Virus record (IMG/VR): IMGVR_UViG_3300014204_000110
Direction: 5' to 3' (one strand)
Length of the DNA: 64,000 nucleotides
Source of the DNA: a virus
Lineage: Duplodnaviria; Caudoviricetes
The notes beneath the pieces were generated by a model. It worked only from the letters and a program-made list of their open reading frames with translations, was not told the DNA's origin and made no database searches. Of the stretch, positions 60,702 to 64,000 are shown in pieces. The position numbers and the translations under genes are program-made. Every line of letters begins with the position of its first letter. Within the stretch, counting starts at the first letter, position 1.

Positions 60702-61002
60702 AATGTATAGTAAATGTAAAAAAGGCAAAGGTTCTAAAGGAAAATGAGTAAAACTAAACCAATTGTTATAAAGACTGGTAATACTTTTAAGGGACCAGGC
60801 TGGAATGGCCAAAAAGTTCAACCTGTGGTACAACCCAAACCACAAAAGACTTATGATCCTAAAAAAGGAAATACTGGAATTGCAGGATAGTTGCATATAA
60901 AAATATTAGAAGGGCTATTCTATATATGAGGTCCATCTTACGATGGAATAAGTTATAAAATCTCCCTTTCTACTGGATGTCCCTCAACATCCTTTCCTCA
61001 AG

Positions 61003-61033
61003 CGGCTAACGTTCTGTTAGCCGTATTTATTTT
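61003..61033 (+). terminator. intrinsic terminator
   Basis: cggctaac-gttct-gttagccg followed by T-rich tract. Confidence 0.65.
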
Positions 61034-61050
61034 ATACCTATACTAATTTT

Positions 61051-61539
61051 ATGACGCAATGTATATTATGTAACTTTAAATGTGAAGAAGACTTATGTAA
61101 AAGACATAAGAAGTTATATGTATTTGATGCATGTCTTAATGGATACCGATTAAAGAAACGCACATCTGGAAGCCGATATACACAAGCTAAATTTCATAAA
61201 ACAGAGATTACTCTTACAAAAATACTTGAAAAACGTTATGGAAAGAAAAATGTTATAACATCTTTTCATCCATTATGGGCAGTAAGTACAAAAGGAGTTT
61301 TACTCGAATATGATATTTATATAAAATCAAAAGATATTCTTGTGGAATATAATAGTATCATTCATTATGAATGGACTAAGTTCTTCCACAAGACAAAACT
61401 AGAGTTCTTACAACAGCAAAGGCGCGATAAAAGCAAAGCGCGTCTAGCTAAGAAAAATGGTAAAAAATTAATAATTTTTAAATATGATGAACCGTTGTTT
61501 AAAGATTATATTATAAATAAAATTGAAGGAGATAAATAA
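61051..61539 (+). CDS. PD-(D/E)XK (Vsr/DUF559-like) endonuclease
   Basis: E..L, LEYDIYI, LVEYN..IHY, RD..K...A. Confidence 0.7.
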   Translation: MTQCILCNFKCEEDLCKRHKKLYVFDACLNGYRLKKRTSGSRYTQAKFHKTEITLTKILEKRYGKKNVITSFHPLWAVSTKGVLLEYDIYIKSKDILVEYNSIIHYEWTKFFHKTKLEFLQQQRRDKSKARLAKKNGKKLIIFKYDEPLFKDYIINKIEGDK

Positions 61540-61890
61540 ATGGAATCGATGATTATTAGAGGAAGTGATGCAAGTGGAATGTATATTGCAGGACCTCAAA
61601 GATATTTTAATGTTGAAAGTGTAATGTTTGATGTTCCAATAAGTGCTACTAATGATGCTACTGTAACATTAAGTGGTGCTCAAACTGGAGAAAAAACTTT
61701 TAATAGTACAACGATTGTTAATGTTCCTTTTAAAGCAAATGAAGATGTATATATTACCACGTCTGGTTTTCTATCAACATATCAAGTTGTTATAAACTAT
61801 ACTCAAGTAGGAGACGCATCATCTTATGTACAGTCAGATATTTCTAGAGTTTCAGGTGGTGGATACTCAGTACCTTGGAGATTCCAGTAA
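61540..61890 (+). CDS. beta-rich hypothetical protein (possible virion protein)
   Basis: 116 aa, S/T/G/V-rich. Confidence 0.5.
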   Translation: MESMIIRGSDASGMYIAGPQRYFNVESVMFDVPISATNDATVTLSGAQTGEKTFNSTTIVNVPFKANEDVYITTSGFLSTYQVVINYTQVGDASSYVQSDISRVSGGGYSVPWRFQ

Positions 61891-61925
61891 ACTATCATAT
61901 AATTTAACAACTTGGAGGAAGCAGC

Positions 61926-62507
61926 ATGTCAGAAGTAATAAGTTTGATAGAAAAAATTACTGGATTTATAAATCCTCAAACATCATTAGTAATAATAGTT
62001 TTTTTAGCAGTACTTGTAATAATATCAGTAGCGGGAAATGTTGGGATTGACTGGAATAATAAAAAGATAACATTTGGTAGTGGTAAAAATAAAAGATCAT
62101 GCGCAGATTGTGTTAATTATCTTTTAACTAAAAGAACAACATTTGAAACTTTATATTATAATAAACAAAATAGTATTCTTAGACAACAGATGATTTTTGC
62201 AGAACATAAACTTCTAGAAATGGAACTTTTTGTAGGATATGAATTTAAATGTAATATAAAAGACGAATTACGTCGCTCTTTCAAAAACAATGGTTTTGCT
62301 GAAAGAACACCAGTAGAATATGAAAAATATATTCAAGAACGTATTGGTTCTTTAACAACAATGATAGCAGTTACACATCCATCCTTTCCAGCAATAATAA
62401 GAGAAATATATGATCATGCTAAAGACACCACCTTAAGAGTTGAATCAGAACTTAAAAAACTCGAAAAAGATTTTATAAAAGATGTAGATAAATTTATAGG
62501 AGTATAA
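61926..62507 (+). CDS. single-TM protein preceding endolysin (possible holin-type)
   Basis: N-terminal TM SLVIIVFLAVLVIISVAG; immediately upstream of the M15 lysin. Confidence 0.45.
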   Translation: MSEVISLIEKITGFINPQTSLVIIVFLAVLVIISVAGNVGIDWNNKKITFGSGKNKRSCADCVNYLLTKRTTFETLYYNKQNSILRQQMIFAEHKLLEMELFVGYEFKCNIKDELRRSFKNNGFAERTPVEYEKYIQERIGSLTTMIAVTHPSFPAIIREIYDHAKDTTLRVESELKKLEKDFIKDVDKFIGV

Positions 62508-62508
62508 A

Positions 62509-62907
62509 ATGCCAACCTTTTCTAAAAGTTCATTAGATAAATTAATTACTTGTGATCCTAAACTTCAGAAACTTTTTAATGAAGTTATTAAATATTTTGA
62601 TTGTGTGGTTGTTTTTGGTCATCGAGGTAAAGAAGATCAAGATAAAGCTTTTGCTGAAGGTAATTCTAAAGTACAATGGCCTAATGGTAAACATAATACA
62701 GTTCCTTCAAAAGCAATAGATGTTGCTCCTTTTATTAATGGTAAAATTTCTTGGGATAGTAAACAGTGTTTATATTTTGGTGGAATTGTAAAAGGTATTG
62801 CTACAATGCTTGGTATAGATATAAGATATGGCGGCGATTGGGACAGTGATAATGATGTAACTGATAATAAATTCAATGACTTAGTCCACGTAGAATTAAA
62901 GGAATAA
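62509..62907 (+). CDS. M15 family L-Ala-D-Glu peptidase endolysin
   Basis: FS..S...L, G.R....Q, KHN..PS.AID, RYGGDW, DLVHVEL. Confidence 0.9.
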   Translation: MPTFSKSSLDKLITCDPKLQKLFNEVIKYFDCVVVFGHRGKEDQDKAFAEGNSKVQWPNGKHNTVPSKAIDVAPFINGKISWDSKQCLYFGGIVKGIATMLGIDIRYGGDWDSDNDVTDNKFNDLVHVELKE

Positions 62908-62908
62908 G

Positions 62909-63574
62909 ATGTCAGAAATTAATTTAAGAAACGTTTCTAATCAAACAGAACTTGCTATTCTAGGACAAAATAATCCAGAACTTGCTAGTTTATTACAGGT
63001 ATATCCTCCAGAAATGGCAACTCTTTTAATTAATAATAAAGAAAAACTTGCAAGTATATCTAAACAGATGGAAAATTTTACAACAGTTACTTGTATTAAT
63101 ACAATGATAATGAAGTGTTCTCAAAATTGTGTATATAATAATGTTTGTATTTTCGTTAAGAATGATATACGTCCCGATGGGTTTCCCTGCCCTATCGAGA
63201 AAAAAGTTATATTAGATATGGAATTTGACATCGTAAGAAGTCTTGAAATTGATAAAAGTGATCCTATAGAAATGGAAATGCTTTGGGATTTAATCGATGC
63301 TAAACTTCTAGATATGCGAAGTAGTGGAGCACTTAAAGATGGAAGACTTACTCAGATAGTTGAACAAAAAGTTGGTCAAGCTATAGTAAGTCGTGAAGAA
63401 CTTTCTCCAAATATCGAAGCTAAGATGGAACTTAAAAGACTTAAACATAATATTATTGATAGCTTCGTAGCGACTCGTAGAGCCAAGAAAAAATATGGTA
63501 TGAGTAGTGATCAGAGTACTCTTGAAAAGATGATCAGAGAGGCTGCAATGAATGTTGAAGACCAATTGGAATGA
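62909..63574 (+). CDS. hypothetical protein (MSEINLRN N-terminus), Cys cluster plus helical region
   Basis: C...C....C.....G.PCP.E; small-terminase-like position unproven. Confidence 0.65.
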   Translation: MSEINLRNVSNQTELAILGQNNPELASLLQVYPPEMATLLINNKEKLASISKQMENFTTVTCINTMIMKCSQNCVYNNVCIFVKNDIRPDGFPCPIEKKVILDMEFDIVRSLEIDKSDPIEMEMLWDLIDAKLLDMRSSGALKDGRLTQIVEQKVGQAIVSREELSPNIEAKMELKRLKHNIIDSFVATRRAKKKYGMSSDQSTLEKMIREAAMNVEDQLE

Positions 63575-64000
63575 CATATATGATTCAGTTAAAAAACGTG
63601 TAAATTATATATCTTCGCGTACAAGAAATGTATTAACTAAAAATCAATTATATAATGTTGGTCAAAGAGAAGTTGGAAGAATTGATCAAAAAGAACTTAG
63701 ACATAATATTAAAAAAAAGTATGATAAAGCAGCGTTAAGAATAAATGAATATGTTTCTACTACTAGTAACAAAACACGTAAACTTCTAGAAGGTAATAAA
63801 GCTGGACGACTTCTTACACAGATTGCAAATAAAAAGTATGGAAAACATATTTTAATAGCAGCTGGAACGCTTTTAGCATCTAGTTTAATTGGAAAGATAA
63901 CACAATATAAATCAGAACCTGTTATACCTAAAAATTATGATCGTGGATATGACATTATGAATGAGACATTAACTGATTTTTCATCTCCAGTTAACTTACT
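63552..64000 (+). CDS. hypothetical protein, runs off window edge
   Basis: Manual translation MLKTNWNDIYDSVKKRVNY... open to window end. Confidence 0.6.
   Translation, partial: MLKTNWNDIYDSVKKRVNYISSRTRNVLTKNQLYNVGQREVGRIDQKELRHNIKKKYDKAALRINEYVSTTSNKTRKLLEGNKAGRLLTQIANKKYGKHILIAAGTLLASSLIGKITQYKSEPVIPKNYDRGYDIMNETLTDFSSPVNL

Noticed and set aside
54532-63577. Minus-strand ORFs in the plus-strand arm (e.g. 56919, 57537, 59661, 62637)
   Set aside because: Antisense to RNR, dUTPase or lysin.
1-64000. Stop-codon reassignment
   Set aside because: Conserved genes are intact in the standard code, TAA/TAG/TGA all end genes, and no suppressor tRNA was seen.

Overview
This is a very AT-rich, densely packed, standard-code segment that reads as part of a large (probably jumbo-class) dsDNA phage genome. 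The host cannot be assigned, and no capsid, portal or tail genes are recognisable. Bases ~1-53,000 are transcribed on the minus strand and ~53,500-64,000 on the plus strand. Recognisable proteins include nucleotide and DNA enzymes (a divergent PurZ-type adenylosuccinate-synthetase homolog, class II RNR, dUTPase, family-4 UDG, deaminase, SSB, two ligase-like proteins) and a deamidating NAD salvage set (PncA, PncB, NadE). There is also a Ter/TerY-P stress cluster, a macrodomain, Hsp20, an M15 endolysin and five tRNAs, including a rare Ile(UAU). The most striking signals lie outside the ORF track. (1) A Ro60/TROVE gene sits downstream of six Y-RNA-like modules sharing one Ro-type stem with interchangeable payloads; two or three are circularly permuted tRNA mimics. 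(2) Two stem-closed ncRNAs reproduce the 23S rRNA L11/GTPase-centre (H43-H44) sequence. (3) About ten further stem-closed orphan ncRNAs are present. (4) A short N-terminal tag, [I/L/V]-[N/H/S]-L-R-D, is shared by about a dozen otherwise unrelated proteins, seven in tandem. All calls come from motif reading and manual base-pairing; no searches were run.
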